From Haliotis rufescens (Eukaryota), in NCBI RefSeq assembly GCF_023055435.1, contig NW_025963846.1, positions 29,078,001-29,142,000 on the forward strand: a DNA stretch of 64,000 nucleotides, given 5' to 3'. Numbering within the stretch: the first letter of the stretch is position 1; every line of letters begins with the position of its first letter. The translations under genes were made by a program, and so were the position numbers. This document shows, piece by piece, positions 48,771-61,336 of this stretch. The notes beneath the pieces are model-generated. The model saw nothing but the letters and a program-made list of their open reading frames with translations, had not been told where the DNA came from and made no database searches.

Positions 48771-49205
48771 ATGCTGTAGCTGCTGGAATATCGCTCCGGG
48801 TACGTGTTATCATGCTGTAGCTGCTGGAATATCGCTCCGGGTACGTGTTATCATGCTGTGGCTGCTGGAATATTGCTCCGGGTACGTGTTATCATGCTGT
48901 AGCTGCTGGAATATCGCTCCTGGTACGTGTTATCATGCTGTAGCTGCTGGAATATCGCTCCGGGTACGTGTTATCATGCTGTAGCTGCTGGAATATTGCT
49001 CCGGGTACGTGTTATCATTCTGTAGCTGCTGGAATATCGCTCCGGGTACGTGTTATCATGCTGTAGATGCTGGAATATCGCTCCGGGTACGTGTTATCAT
49101 GCTGTAGCTGCTGGAATATCGCTCCGGGTACGTGTTATCATGCTGTAGCTGCTGGAATATCGCTCCGGGTACGTGTTATCATGCTGTAGCTGCTGGAATA
49201 TTGCT
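48771..49205. repeat. 41-bp satellite array 3 (~10.5 units)
   Basis: Same monomer. Confidence 0.97.
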
Positions 49206-49991
49206 TCTGTTCAGCGAGATCGCCCGACGCACACTGCATGCGACACACTCTTATAGTACATGTGGTATACTGGAGTGGGTGAGTGAGTTGGGTTTAACGC
49301 CGCTTTCAACAGTATTCCAGTTATATCACGGCATGTCAGCTTTATGTGGGAGGAAAGCCCGAAGTGATGCAGGTCTCTGACGTTTACCACTTTGGTGAAA
49401 TCCAAGAGCACGGGTATGGTGCTGACAAACCTAGAAACATAATCAGAACGAACCGGGATTCGAACCCACAATCATAGGTTTCTGGCGTGCCCAAGGGACT
49501 CAACTCTGCACAGCGAATCGCGGCGCCTTGGACGACTGGGCCACCCGTGCCCCCGGTATACTAGATATTGCACTTGATAAACGGTATACTGCATGTAATA
49601 TACGTTTCGGTCGTGACAAAGGTCATGCCCTCACGCCCTCAATAAGGGTTGTGAATGATGTATAGTGGACAATCGATATGAGTGCTTAAAAAAATGAATT
49701 GTTTGCAAACATTGTCTTATTGCTGAGCAATAATTATTATAGATAGACATGGATTTTGAATTGAATTTGCTGTGGACCACTTTTTTATTTAATAATGTAC
49801 AATACGACTAACTAAATACATTGACATACATACATCCATGATACAGAATCAAGCAAATATACATACGAATGCTTATGCTGGTTGATAAGAATTGGGCATC
49901 AGCAATGAAAACATTGCTTGATACGAGGGCTGGTCAAAAAGCTCTAAGCCTGACTAACTTTCATCTATGGGTCATTAGAACAATCAATGTA

Positions 49992-50166
49992 CAGTGAACT
50001 ACGGTTATAACGAACACGCTTATAACGAACTAACGGATATAACGAACTAACTTTTTAGTCCCAACTATTTGCTGTAGCTATACTGTATATATGCTTATAA
50101 CGAATTACGGTTATAACGAACTAAAATTAGTAGTCCCTTTGAGTTCGTTATAACCGTAGTTTACTG
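49992..50166. mobile_element. 175-bp TA-MITE copy (also 57707-57881)
   Basis: Same TIRs and same insertion site as 6015-6189. Confidence 0.92.
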
Positions 50167-50571
50167 TAGTACATTGTTTGAGTAGTTCATTGCCCGTGTA
50201 TTTGATCTGTTGAGGCCGTTTGCATATTTGTGATGGCCAGTTGAACATAATTAAAGTTTAGTGCGTCAACATTTTCCTCAGTCTGATGCTATTCAAATGG
50301 TGATGGCAGTATCGTGAAATGTACAGAAGCTAACATATTCGTGTGTATTTATTCAAGTAAGATATGAGTAAGGACCTGGTTCTATGCCACAATAGTTTGT
50401 AATGTTGTTGTTTGTTATATATGATTGTTTTTATGACAACAGTGTGTGGCATTGTGAAGCATGCTTAAGTGCGTGTATGTCATATTTCACTGAAACCCAG
50501 TAATGCGGTTCAATACCACTGGAGATAGAACTGGGTCGATCCCGACGCCCACCGACTCCCCTACTGGAACG

Positions 50572-50716
50572 TGGGGTTGGGGTTGGGGTGGTGTGGTGTG
50601 GGGTGGTGTGGGGTGGGGTGGTGTGGGGTGGGGTGGGGTGGGGTGGGATGGTGTGGGGTGGGGTGGGGTGGGGTGGGGTGGGGTGGGGTGGGGTGGGGTG
50701 GGGTGGGGTGGGGTGG
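50572..50716. repeat. (GGGGT)n tract (also ~43021-43072, ~58287-58411)
   Basis: Pentamer G-runs of variable length between units. Confidence 0.9.
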
Positions 50717-51924
50717 TTATAACCGTAGTTTACTGTAGTACATTGTTTGAGTAGTTCATTGCCCGTGTATTTGATCTATTGAGGCCGTTTGCATATTTGT
50801 GATGGCCAGTTGAACATAATTAAAGTTTAGTGCGTCAACATTTTCCTCAGTCTGATGCTATTCAAATGGTGATGGGTGGGGTGGGGTGGTGTGGGGTGGG
50901 GTTATGAATGGGGCAACGGCGATCGGAGGGAGTAGAGATGACAGGCTGGACGGGAGTAGATGGGATATGGGATACATTGGGAGGAGGAGGGGGGGTTGTG
51001 TGTGTCTTATTTGCACGTTTGGGTTTTCGGCGGATCCTCAAAGGAAAACAAGTCTTACTGGTGGGTGCACCATCATCGGAGCTTGTAGTTTTAAACGAGG
51101 AAAGAGACATTGTAACTTACAGACTTAACAAGAATGACAAAGTTGTATTCACACTTACCCAGAGGAAATATAAAACTGTAAACACAAAACACTAAAAGTC
51201 ACCAAGTCACTGACACATGGCATTGAGTTCAGTTGGAATGTTTTGCCTTTGATGAAGTCCTTGGTTTTCTTTTAGTTACTGCGCGGACAGGGCTTCGCAT
51301 GTAGGGGTCGTTGTTCATGCGTTGCTTGCAGCTGTGGAAAGTGGAGTCCAAGGGTACTAGTTGTTCTTCACATCAGTTTGCCGTAAACCACACATCACAG
51401 TTATAATATGTGACAGAATCCTCTTCACCAAGCTACAAAGTGTCTGAATTGTGGTTTACGTGGCACAATTGACAGACAGTGTGGTCAACTGATCTCCTAT
51501 TCACGATGTTGGTGGCTGCCTTCGTCAAGCTGACTTGTGCTGTAGACTCAGGATGGAAGGGTATCGTCTTCGTCCACAGCTGGCTCCCTACATACCATAT
51601 ACACAGTGTCACTTCATATTGGAGTGTCCCAGTGATGCCTCATCCATAGAAATAGATTGGCACAATGATCCAGTGAAGTTTGAGAAATATATCTCTCTAT
51701 CAAGTCGTAATTCTTGTGATGAAAATGTTACACCAGATGCGCAGTACGAGCAGACTTCCAACAAGGATATTCCTTTATATTTATGACAATACTCGTTCAA
51801 AATAATCTCCTGCATGAAAATGATTTGCGCAACTATAGATACTGTAGGAGACAATGTAGACTACTTCAGAATTCAAGTCATTTCCTCGGTGATCTGTTTG
51901 AGTAAATGCAGACAGGCTCCCTTT

Positions 51925-52914
51925 TCACTGGCGACGCAGGAACACACCAATACCAACACCAATACCAATCGCACAGATTGCAAGGTAGCCATAAGCCAGT
52001 TTCATCAAAACAGAATCCGAGTAAACTGTTTTCAGCATTTCACAAACTTGTTCTGCTGTTGGGCGTTTGGACATGTCTCTCCGTAAGGCTGCCTTGATCA
52101 CGTCTCCCAGTCCCTGATCAGCGACATGACGGAGTTCTATTTCCCCTCTTACCTCGGCCAGACGGCGTCCATTGTAGTAGGCAACTAGTTTGTCGTCGTC
52201 GAATTCAGGACGCAATAAAGCAAAGGCGATAGCGCCAAGAGAGAAAATATCACTTTTATCTGTCAGAGCCGCTTCAGGGGGTGAAAAACAAGTGTCTCCT
52301 GCCCCATCGTTCTCGTCATGTTCCCCATCTTCCCCGTCATGTACGCCAAAATGTCCCCCGTCATGTACGCCAAAATGTCCCCCGTCATGTACGCTAAAAT
52401 GTCCCCCGTCATGATCCCCGCCATGTCTCCTGTCACGTTCCAGGCCACGTCTCCCGTCACATTCCGATAACGAGCGAGCCGATCCAAATCCTGCTATTTT
52501 ATAAACCGCTCGATTGTACCATGTCACAAGGATGTTTTCTGGCTGCAGGTTACGGTGTTCTATGCGCAAGTTATGAAGAAACTCCAATCCACTGCCAATG
52601 TCGGTTACGACAGAACGACAGTCGGCCTCGTCTAGAGGATTCTTCGAGTTTGAACGTTTACTCACATACTGGTCCAGGTTGCCTTCCTCGCAATATTCAA
52701 AGGTCAGTGTGAAGCTATCTGCAGTAAAACCTTCACCAATCATCTTGACAATGTTCTTGGCCCCTTCAGATTCTGCACATTGTCGGAGTATGTTCTTTTC
52801 GGCGGCTGCTTGACGTTGTGAGCAGACAAGTACTTTCTCAACAACCATTTTGTTACCTTTCTTTTCCTTGCGCACTCTTGAGAACCGACCAGGAACAAGT
52901 TCTATTCCCGCCAT
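51925..52914 (-). CDS. Tail-anchored pseudokinase A3 (329 aa)
   Basis: Intact ORF; 3 octarepeats. Confidence 0.92.
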   Translation of the reverse strand: MAGIELVPGRFSRVRKEKKGNKMVVEKVLVCSQRQAAAEKNILRQCAESEGAKNIVKMIGEGFTADSFTLTFEYCEEGNLDQYVSKRSNSKNPLDEADCRSVVTDIGSGLEFLHNLRIEHRNLQPENILVTWYNRAVYKIAGFGSARSLSECDGRRGLERDRRHGGDHDGGHFSVHDGGHFGVHDGGHFGVHDGEDGEHDENDGAGDTCFSPPEAALTDKSDIFSLGAIAFALLRPEFDDDKLVAYYNGRRLAEVRGEIELRHVADQGLGDVIKAALRRDMSKRPTAEQVCEMLKTVYSDSVLMKLAYGYLAICAIGIGVGIGVFLRRQ

Positions 52915-53813
52915 TCTTCGTATTCGTGGAATACAACTCCTCTGAACAGTCTCAAGGAAATGCGACGTAGTAGTTAGATTCGGTGACGTGAAGTTATATT
53001 TAGACTGAACACCTGACCGAGAGTCAGTAGGTCAGGTCGTGGTTCAGATAACCCCTGTTGTTATCTAAGGCCATCAGGACGACCATCCTTCGTCACTACT
53101 CGCCTCTTTCCGTAGCTTCTCCCGGAATGAACCACGACATGTGGTATTCAGCAGAACCATGTAAACAGTTTATCAAGGACAATGATCGAAAAATACTGAT
53201 TACCTCGTAATTTGATGAGGATTTACTGTACAGTCAATTACTTAGCGTGGGATCCAAATCGAGAAGGGCCAGAGTCACCTGTGTATAAGGTCATGTCACA
53301 GTAAAGGTCAATATTACAGAATGTTTGCAATGCAGGGTTGTTATTTGAATACTTAACACTTATGAGCGACGAGTGTTGACAATCTTATGATACGAGGAGT
53401 TGGTCATGGTCTTGGCCTTTGATGGAGTCCTTGGCTTTATTTTTGGTCCTTTGCTTATTTTGGTTTTCGCACGGACACGGGATTTGCATGTAGGGGTCGT
53501 TGTTCATCCGTTGCTTGTGGCTGTGGAAGGTGGAGTCCAAGGGCACTTGTTTTTGGTCTTCACATCGATTTGCCGTAAACCACACATCACAGTTATAATA
53601 TGTGACAGAATCCTTTTCACAAAGCTACAAAGTGGCCGAATTGTGGTATCCGTGGCACCATTGACAGACAGTGTGGTCAACTAAATCTCCCATTCACAAT
53701 GTTAGTGGTTGGTTGTATTGTGGACTCCACAGCTGGCTCTCTACATATCCACACAGTTTCACTTCATATTGATCCATAGAAATATATTGGGATAATGATC
53801 TCGTTAATTTTTT

Positions 53814-54680
53814 CTAAATTATATCCCATTGTTTCAGTGTTATTTCTGAAATATATGCAGACACAACTACAACGCCGCCAAAAATCAGAATATTCCACCA
53901 CGTGTAACCTGTATTCAGCATTGAACAAACTTGTTCTGCTGTTGGGCGTCCAACTATATCTCCTTTTAAGGCTTCATTGATGATGTCTCGCAGTCTCTGG
54001 TCAGTGATGTGACGGAGGTCTATTTCCCCTGCCATCTTGGCCAGATGACGTCCACCATAGTAGGCAACTAGTTTGTCGTTGACAAATTGCGGACTCCATA
54101 AAGCATAGGTGACAGCTCCAAGGGAGAAAATATCACTTTTCTTGTCCAGAGCCCCTTCAGGGGGCAAAAAACAAGAGTCTTCAGTCGCATCTAACCCACC
54201 ATGTTCCTCAACTCTCCTGTTATTTCTCCTGGCCTTGCGACGAGCTGCCGATCCAAATCCTCCTATTTTATAAACAGGTTTACTGTATGACGTCACAAGG
54301 ATGTTTTCTGGCAGTAGGTTGCCGTGTATGATATCAATGTGGTGAAGAAACTGCAAACCACTGGCAATGTCGGTCATGAAAGAACGACAGTCGGCTGCAT
54401 TCGGAGGTTTCTTCATGAATAAACGTTTACTCACATATTGGTTCAGGTTGCCTTCCTCGCAATATTCCAAGATCATTGTGACGCCTTTTGCAGGAAAAGC
54501 GTCATAAATCTTGACAATGTTTTTGGCCCCTTCAGATTCTGCGCATTGTCGGAGTATATTCTTTTCGGCGTCTGCAATCGGCTGTGGACACGAAAATGCT
54601 TTCACAAGCACCGTTTTGTTACCTATGTTAAAGTTCCTCAATGTTGAGAACCGACCTTGAACCAGCTCTGTTTCCTTCAT
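53814..54680 (-). CDS. Tail-anchored pseudokinase B3 (288 aa)
   Basis: Protein identical to B2. Confidence 0.92.
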   Translation of the reverse strand: MKETELVQGRFSTLRNFNIGNKTVLVKAFSCPQPIADAEKNILRQCAESEGAKNIVKIYDAFPAKGVTMILEYCEEGNLNQYVSKRLFMKKPPNAADCRSFMTDIASGLQFLHHIDIIHGNLLPENILVTSYSKPVYKIGGFGSAARRKARRNNRRVEEHGGLDATEDSCFLPPEGALDKKSDIFSLGAVTYALWSPQFVNDKLVAYYGGRHLAKMAGEIDLRHITDQRLRDIINEALKGDIVGRPTAEQVCSMLNTGYTWWNILIFGGVVVVSAYISEITLKQWDII

Positions 54681-55310
54681 TTTTCCTATGCCTGGAATAG
54701 GACTCCTCTGAATAATCTCAAGGAAATGCGACGAAGTACAGTTAGATTCAATGGCGCGTAGTTATATTTAGACTGAACACCTGACTGTGAGTCAGCCAGT
54801 CAGGTCGTGGTTCAGATAACCCCTGTTGTTACCTAAGCCCGTCAGGACTACCATCGTTCGTCACTACTCGCCTCTCTCCGTAGCTTGTCCCGGAATAACA
54901 CGAGTTGGCCACGAATGAATCACTTGATATATTTAGTAACACAATGTTAATATTATCTCCATTATAGCCCAAGGCCATAGCCTGAAGAGCTCACACCAAA
55001 AAATCGATATTACAGTACGTTTTCACCTTATCACTAAAATGCCATTTGGTGCAGATATGTACTCAGCGGGTCATGTGGTCAGGCTCGCTGATTTGGTTAA
55101 TTCATGTCATCGTGTCCCAATTGCGTGGATCGATGCTCATGACATCAATCACTGGATAGTCTGGTCCAGACTCGATTAATTACAGACGGCGTCATGTACC
55201 TGGAATGTTGATGAGTGCGGCGTAAACAACAAAGTTGCAAAGTACAGAATGGAGACCTAGTTGAGGTGAGGTGAGGTGAAATTGGGTTTAAACGTCGCGT
55301 CCAAGATTAC

Positions 55311-55358
<48 letters not shown>

Positions 55359-56567
55359 TCTGCTGCTTGTACTAGTCCGGACTGATGCCGATTTATAGTG
55401 CTAGCCCATTGAGATACCATGCCACAGTTTAACATGAATACCCCACTCAGACACAGTATACTGACTCCGAGCCGACAAGTCCTTGTTTTATCCCCTTAAT
55501 GCCGAGCACCAGACAGGGTAACAACAAGTACCATATTTTAACGTCTTTTGGTATGACGCGGCCGGGGATCGAGCCCCGGACCTTCCGCTCTCCGGGCGGA
55601 CGCTCTACCACTAGACCACGGAGGCGGTCGAGAGTCACAGCAACTGATTCAGGACACCAACCATGGGCTCAGTTAACCGAAATACACAGAAGTAGGTGCG
55701 ATAGTCACAACAATTGAATGAGTTAATACAGAACGTCGCGACAAAGCATTTCCATAATCACAAGGAATCTCTGCTAAAATCGGAGTCCATTGTTCTATTC
55801 CGCCTATATCGTAATCAAGCACGTGTTGTTAATCACTATAGCGATGCTACTGGACTAACATCTAGTCTCTGAAGTGAACGTATCTCACAGAAAAACAACA
55901 GTTGTTAAATTATCTTAATAAAAATATAATAAAAATGAACCCAGAGACTCTCTTCATTTCGTAGATACCTTATGCTGCAGTAATCTAGACTTGCCAACGT
56001 TATACACTTACATGGGCTGTATTGAATATATTTGTATTAGTGAGTAAAGGAGTTGGATTTAACGCCGCTTTTAGCAGTATTCCAGTTATATCGCGGCGTG
56101 TCAGCTTAATGTGGGAGGAAAGCCCGAAGTGATGCACGCCTCAGACGTTTACCACTTCGGTGAAACCCACGAGCACGGGTATGGTTCTGACAAACCTAGA
56201 AACATAATTAGGGCGAACCAGGATTCGAACCCACAATCATAGGTTTCTGGTGTGCCCAAGGGACGCAACTCTGCAGAGCGAATCGCTGGGCCTTAGACGA
56301 CTGGGCCACCAGTGCCCCCTTATTTGTATTAGGGTATGTATGACAGACTATGATTCTACCAGGTATTCTTGATAAGGTGAGCCTATCCTGTCCTATCGGT
56401 GGCAACCCGTCACAAACACACGCAAGGGCAAATCAAACGTTCACATGTAAACCATAAAACTTCCCTATTAAGGCCTTCTATGTTGTAACCCTGATCAAAC
56501 AATTTTTGGCCAAGAGTCTTACGACGCTGTTTGAAATCTACATAGAAAGGGCATGCTCGGACCACAA

Positions 56568-56920
56568 ATGCTGTAGCTGCTGGAATATCGCTCCGGGTAC
56601 GTGTTATCATGCTGTAGCTGCTGCAATATCGCTCCGGGTACGTGTTATCATGCTGTGGCTGCTGGAATATAGCTCCGGGTACGTGTTATCATGCTGTAGC
56701 TGCTGGAATATCGCTCCGGGTACGTGTTATCATGCTGTAGCTGCTGGAATATCGCTCCGGGTACGTGTTATCATGCTGTAGCTGCTTGAATATTGCTCCG
56801 GGTACGTGTTATCATGCTGTAGCTGCTGGAATATCGCTCCGGGTACGTGTTATCATGCTATAGCTGCTGGAATATCGCTCCGGGTACGTGTTATCATGCT
56901 GTAGCTGCTGGAATATTGCT
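56568..56920. repeat. 41-bp satellite array 4 (~8.5 units)
   Basis: Same monomer. Confidence 0.97.
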
Positions 56921-59589
56921 TCTGTTCAGCGAGATCGCCCGACGCACACTGCATGCGACACACTCTTATAGTACATGTGGTATACTGGAGTGGGTGAGTG
57001 AGTTGGGTTTAACGCCGCTTTCAACAGTATTCCAGTTATATCACGGCATGTCAGCTTTATGTGGGAGGAAAGCCCGAAGTGATGCAGGTCTCTGACGTTT
57101 ACCACTTTGGTGAAATCCAAGAGCACGGGTATGGTGCTGACAAACCTAGAAACATAATCAGAACGAACCGGGATTCGAACCCACAATCATAGGTTTCTGG
57201 CGTGCCCAAGGGACTCAACTCTGCACAGCGAATCGCGGCGCCTTGGACGACTGGGCCACCCGTGCCCCCGGTATACTAGATATTGCACTTGATAAACGGT
57301 ATACTGCATGTAATATACGTTTCGGTCGTGACAAAGGTCATGCCCTCACGCCCTCAATAAGGGTTGTGAATGATGTATAGTGGACAATCGATATGAGTGC
57401 ATAAAAAAATGAATTGTTTGCAAACATTGACTTATTGCTGAGCAATAATTATTATAGATAGACATGGATTTTGAATTGAATTTGCTGTGGACCACTTTTT
57501 TATTTAATAATGTACAATACGACTAACTAAATACATTGACATACATACATCCATGATACAGAATCAAGCAAATATACATACGAATGCTTATGCTGGTTGA
57601 TAAGAATTGGGCATCAGCAATGAAAACATTGCTTGATACGAGGGCTGGTCAAAAAGCTCTAAGCCTGACTAACTTTCATCTATGGGTCATTAGAACAATC
57701 AATGTACAGTGAACTACGGTTATAACGAACACGCTTATAACGAACTAACGGATATAACGAACTAACTTTTTAGTCCCAACTATTTGCTGTAGCTATACTG
57801 TATATATGCTTATAACGAATTACGGTTATAACGAACTAAAATTAGTAGTCCCTTTGAGTTCGTTATAACCGTAGTTTACTGTAGTACATTGTTTGAGTAG
57901 TTCATTGCCCGTGTATTTGATCTGTTGAGGCCGTTTGCATATTTGTGATGGCCAGTTGAACATAATTAAAGTTTAGTGCGTCAACATTTTCCTCAGTCTG
58001 ATGCTATTCAAATGGTGATGGCAGTATCGTGAAATGTACAGAAGCTAACATATTCGTGTGTATTTATTCAAGTAAGATATGAGTAAGGACCAGGTTCTAT
58101 GCCACAATAGTTTGTAATGTTGTTGTTTGTTATATATCATTGTTTTTATGACAACAGTGTGTGGCATTGTGAAGCATGCTTAAGTGCGTGTATGTCATAT
58201 TTCACTGAAACCCAGTAATGCGGTTCAATACCACTGGAGATAGAACTGGGTCGATCCCGACGCCCACCGACTCCCCTACTAGAACGTGGGGTTGGGGTTG
58301 GGGTGGTGTGGTGTGGGGTGGTGTGGGGTGGGGTGGTGTGGGGTGGGGTGGGGTGGGGTGGGATGGTGTGGGGTGGGGTGGGGTGGGGTGGTGTGGGGTG
58401 GTGTGGGGTGGTTATAACCGTAGTTTACTGTAGTACATTGTTTGAGTAGTTCATTGCCCGTGTATTTGATCTATTGAGGCCGTTTGCATATTTGTGATGG
58501 CCAGTTGAACATAATTAAAGTTTAGTGCGTCAACATTTTCCTCAGTCTGAGAGAGAACAATGGTCATTACAGTTATGAATGGGGCAACGGCGATCGGAGG
58601 GAGTAGAGATGGCAGGCTGGACGAGAGTAGATGGGATATGGGATACATTGGGAGGAGGAGGGGGGGTTGTGTGTGTCTTATTTGCACGTTTGGGTTTTCG
58701 GCGGATCCTCAAAGGAAAACAAGTCTTACTGGTGGGTGCACCATCATCGGAGCTTGTAGTTTTAAACGAGGAAAGAGACATTGTAACTTACAGACTTAAC
58801 AAGAATGACAAAGTTGTATTCACACTTACCCAGAGGAAATATAAAACTGTAAACACAAAACACTAAAAGTCACCAAGTCACTGACACATGGCATTGAGTT
58901 CAGTTGGAATGTTTTGCCTTTGATGAAGTCCTTGGTTTTCTTTTAGTTACTGCGCGGACAGGGCTTCGCATGTAGGGGTCGTTGTTCATGCGTTGCTTGC
59001 AGCTGTGGAAAGTGGAGTCCAAGGGTACTAGTTGTTCTTCACATCAGTTTGCCGTAAACCACACATCACAGTTATAATATGTGACAGAATCCTTTTCACC
59101 AAGCTACAAAGTGTCTGAATTGTGGTTTACGTGGCACAATTCACAGACAGTGTGGTCAACTGATCTCCTATTCACGATGTTGGTGGCTGCCTTCGTCAAG
59201 CTGACTTGTGCTGTAGACTCAGGATGGAAGGATATCGTCCACAGCTGGCTCCCTACATACCACATACACAGTGTCACTTCATATTTGAGTGTCCCAGTGA
59301 TGCCTCATCCATAGAAATAGATTGGCACAATGATCCAGTGAAGTTTGAGAAATATATCTCTCTATCAAGTCGTAATTCTTGTGATGAAAATGTTACACCA
59401 GATGCGCAGTACGAGCAGACTTCCAACAAGGATATTCCTTTATATTTATGACAATACTCGTTCAAAGTAATCTCCTGCATGAAAATGATTTGCACAACTA
59501 TAGATACTGTAGGAGACAATGTAGACTACTTCAGAATTTAAGTCATTTCCTCGGTGATCTGTTTGAGTAAATGCAGACAGGCTCCCTTT

Positions 59590-60579
59590 TCACTGGCGAC
59601 GCAGGAACACACCAATACCAACACCAATACCAATCGCACAGATTGCAAGGTAGCCATAAGCCAGTTTCATCAAAACAGAATCCGAGTAAACTGTTTTCAG
59701 CATTTCACAAACTTGTTCTGCTGTTGGGCGTTTGGACATGTCTCTCCGTAAGGCTGCCTTGATCACGTCTCCCAGTCCCTGATCAGCGACATGACGGAGT
59801 TCTATTTCCCCTCTTACCTCGGCCAGACGGCGTCCATTGTAGTAGGCAACTAGTTTGTCGTCGTCGAATTCAGGACGCAATAAAGCAAAGGCGATAGCGC
59901 CAAGAGAGAAAATATCACTTTTATCTGTCAGAGCCGCTTCAGGGGGTGAAAAACAAGTGTCTCCTGCCCCATCGTTCTCGTCATGTTCCCCATCTTCCCC
60001 GGCATGTACGCCAAAATGTCCCCCGTCATGTACGCCAAAATGTCCCCCGTCATGTACGCCAAAATGTCCCCCGTCATGATCCCCGCCATGTCTCCTGTCA
60101 CGTTCCAGGCCACGTCTCCCGTCACATTCCGATAACGAGCGAGCCGATCCAAATCCTGCTATTTTATAAACCGCTCGATTGTACCATGTCACAAGGATGT
60201 TTTCTGGCTGCAGATTACGGTGTTCTATACGCAAGTTATGAAGAAACTCCAATCCACTGCCAATGTCGGTTACGACAGAACGACAGTCGGCCTCGTCTAG
60301 AGGATTCTTCGAGTTTGAACGTTTACTCACATACTGGTCCAGGTTGCCTTCCTCGCAATATTCAAAGGTCAGTGTGAAGCCATCTGCAGTAAAACCTTCA
60401 CCAATCATCTTGACAATGTTCTTGGCCCCTTCAGATTCCCCGCATTGTCGGAGTATGTTCTTTTCGGCGGCTGCTTGAAGTTGTGAGCAGACAAGTACTT
60501 TCTCAACAACCATCTTGTTACCTTTCTTTTCCTTGCGCACTCTTGAGAACCGACCAGGAACAAGTTCTATTCCCGCCAT
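59590..60579 (-). CDS. Tail-anchored pseudokinase A4 (329 aa)
   Basis: Intact ORF; 3 HDGGHFGV repeats; no adjacent B gene upstream. Confidence 0.92.
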   Translation of the reverse strand: MAGIELVPGRFSRVRKEKKGNKMVVEKVLVCSQLQAAAEKNILRQCGESEGAKNIVKMIGEGFTADGFTLTFEYCEEGNLDQYVSKRSNSKNPLDEADCRSVVTDIGSGLEFLHNLRIEHRNLQPENILVTWYNRAVYKIAGFGSARSLSECDGRRGLERDRRHGGDHDGGHFGVHDGGHFGVHDGGHFGVHAGEDGEHDENDGAGDTCFSPPEAALTDKSDIFSLGAIAFALLRPEFDDDKLVAYYNGRRLAEVRGEIELRHVADQGLGDVIKAALRRDMSKRPTAEQVCEMLKTVYSDSVLMKLAYGYLAICAIGIGVGIGVFLRRQ

Positions 60580-61336
60580 TCTTCGTATTCGTGGAATACA
60601 ACTCCTCTGAACAGTCTCAAGGAAATGCGACGTAGTAGTTAGATTCGGTGACGTGAAGTTATATTTAGACTGAACACCTGACCGAGAGTCAGTAGGTCAG
60701 GTCGTGGTTCAGATAACCCCTGTTGTTATCCAAGGCCATCAGGACGACCATCCTTCGTCACTACTCGCCTCTTTCCGTAGCTTGTCCCGGAATGAACCAC
60801 GACCTGTGGTATTCAGCAGCACCATGTAAATAGTTTATCAAGGCCATTGATAGAAAAATACTGATTACCTCGTAATTTGATGAGGATTTACTGTACAGTC
60901 AATTACTTAGCGTGGGATCCAAAGCGAGAAGGGCCAGAGTCACCTGTGTATAAGGTCAAGGTCACAGTAAAGGTCTATATTACAGAATGTTTGCAATGCA
61001 GGGTTGTTATTTGAATACTTAACACTTATGAGCGACGAGTGTTGACAATCTTATGATACGAGGAGTAGGTCATGGTGACGTACCAGCAAATACATGTCAA
61101 ACACGTGGTACTTTAATCTAGGTTAGGTTGTACATCACAGGCTTAAGATACCCACATTGAAATAGCAGAGCAGAAATACACAATAGGCGCTGTAGCCATA
61201 CAAATTATTCGAGCTAATATGTGACGTCACACCACCATCGTTTCGGCATATTGCAATATCAAACATTACATTCAGTAAACTTCACACACTATCTATAACC
61301 TATGACCCAACATACCAAGTTCTTAACATGTATATA

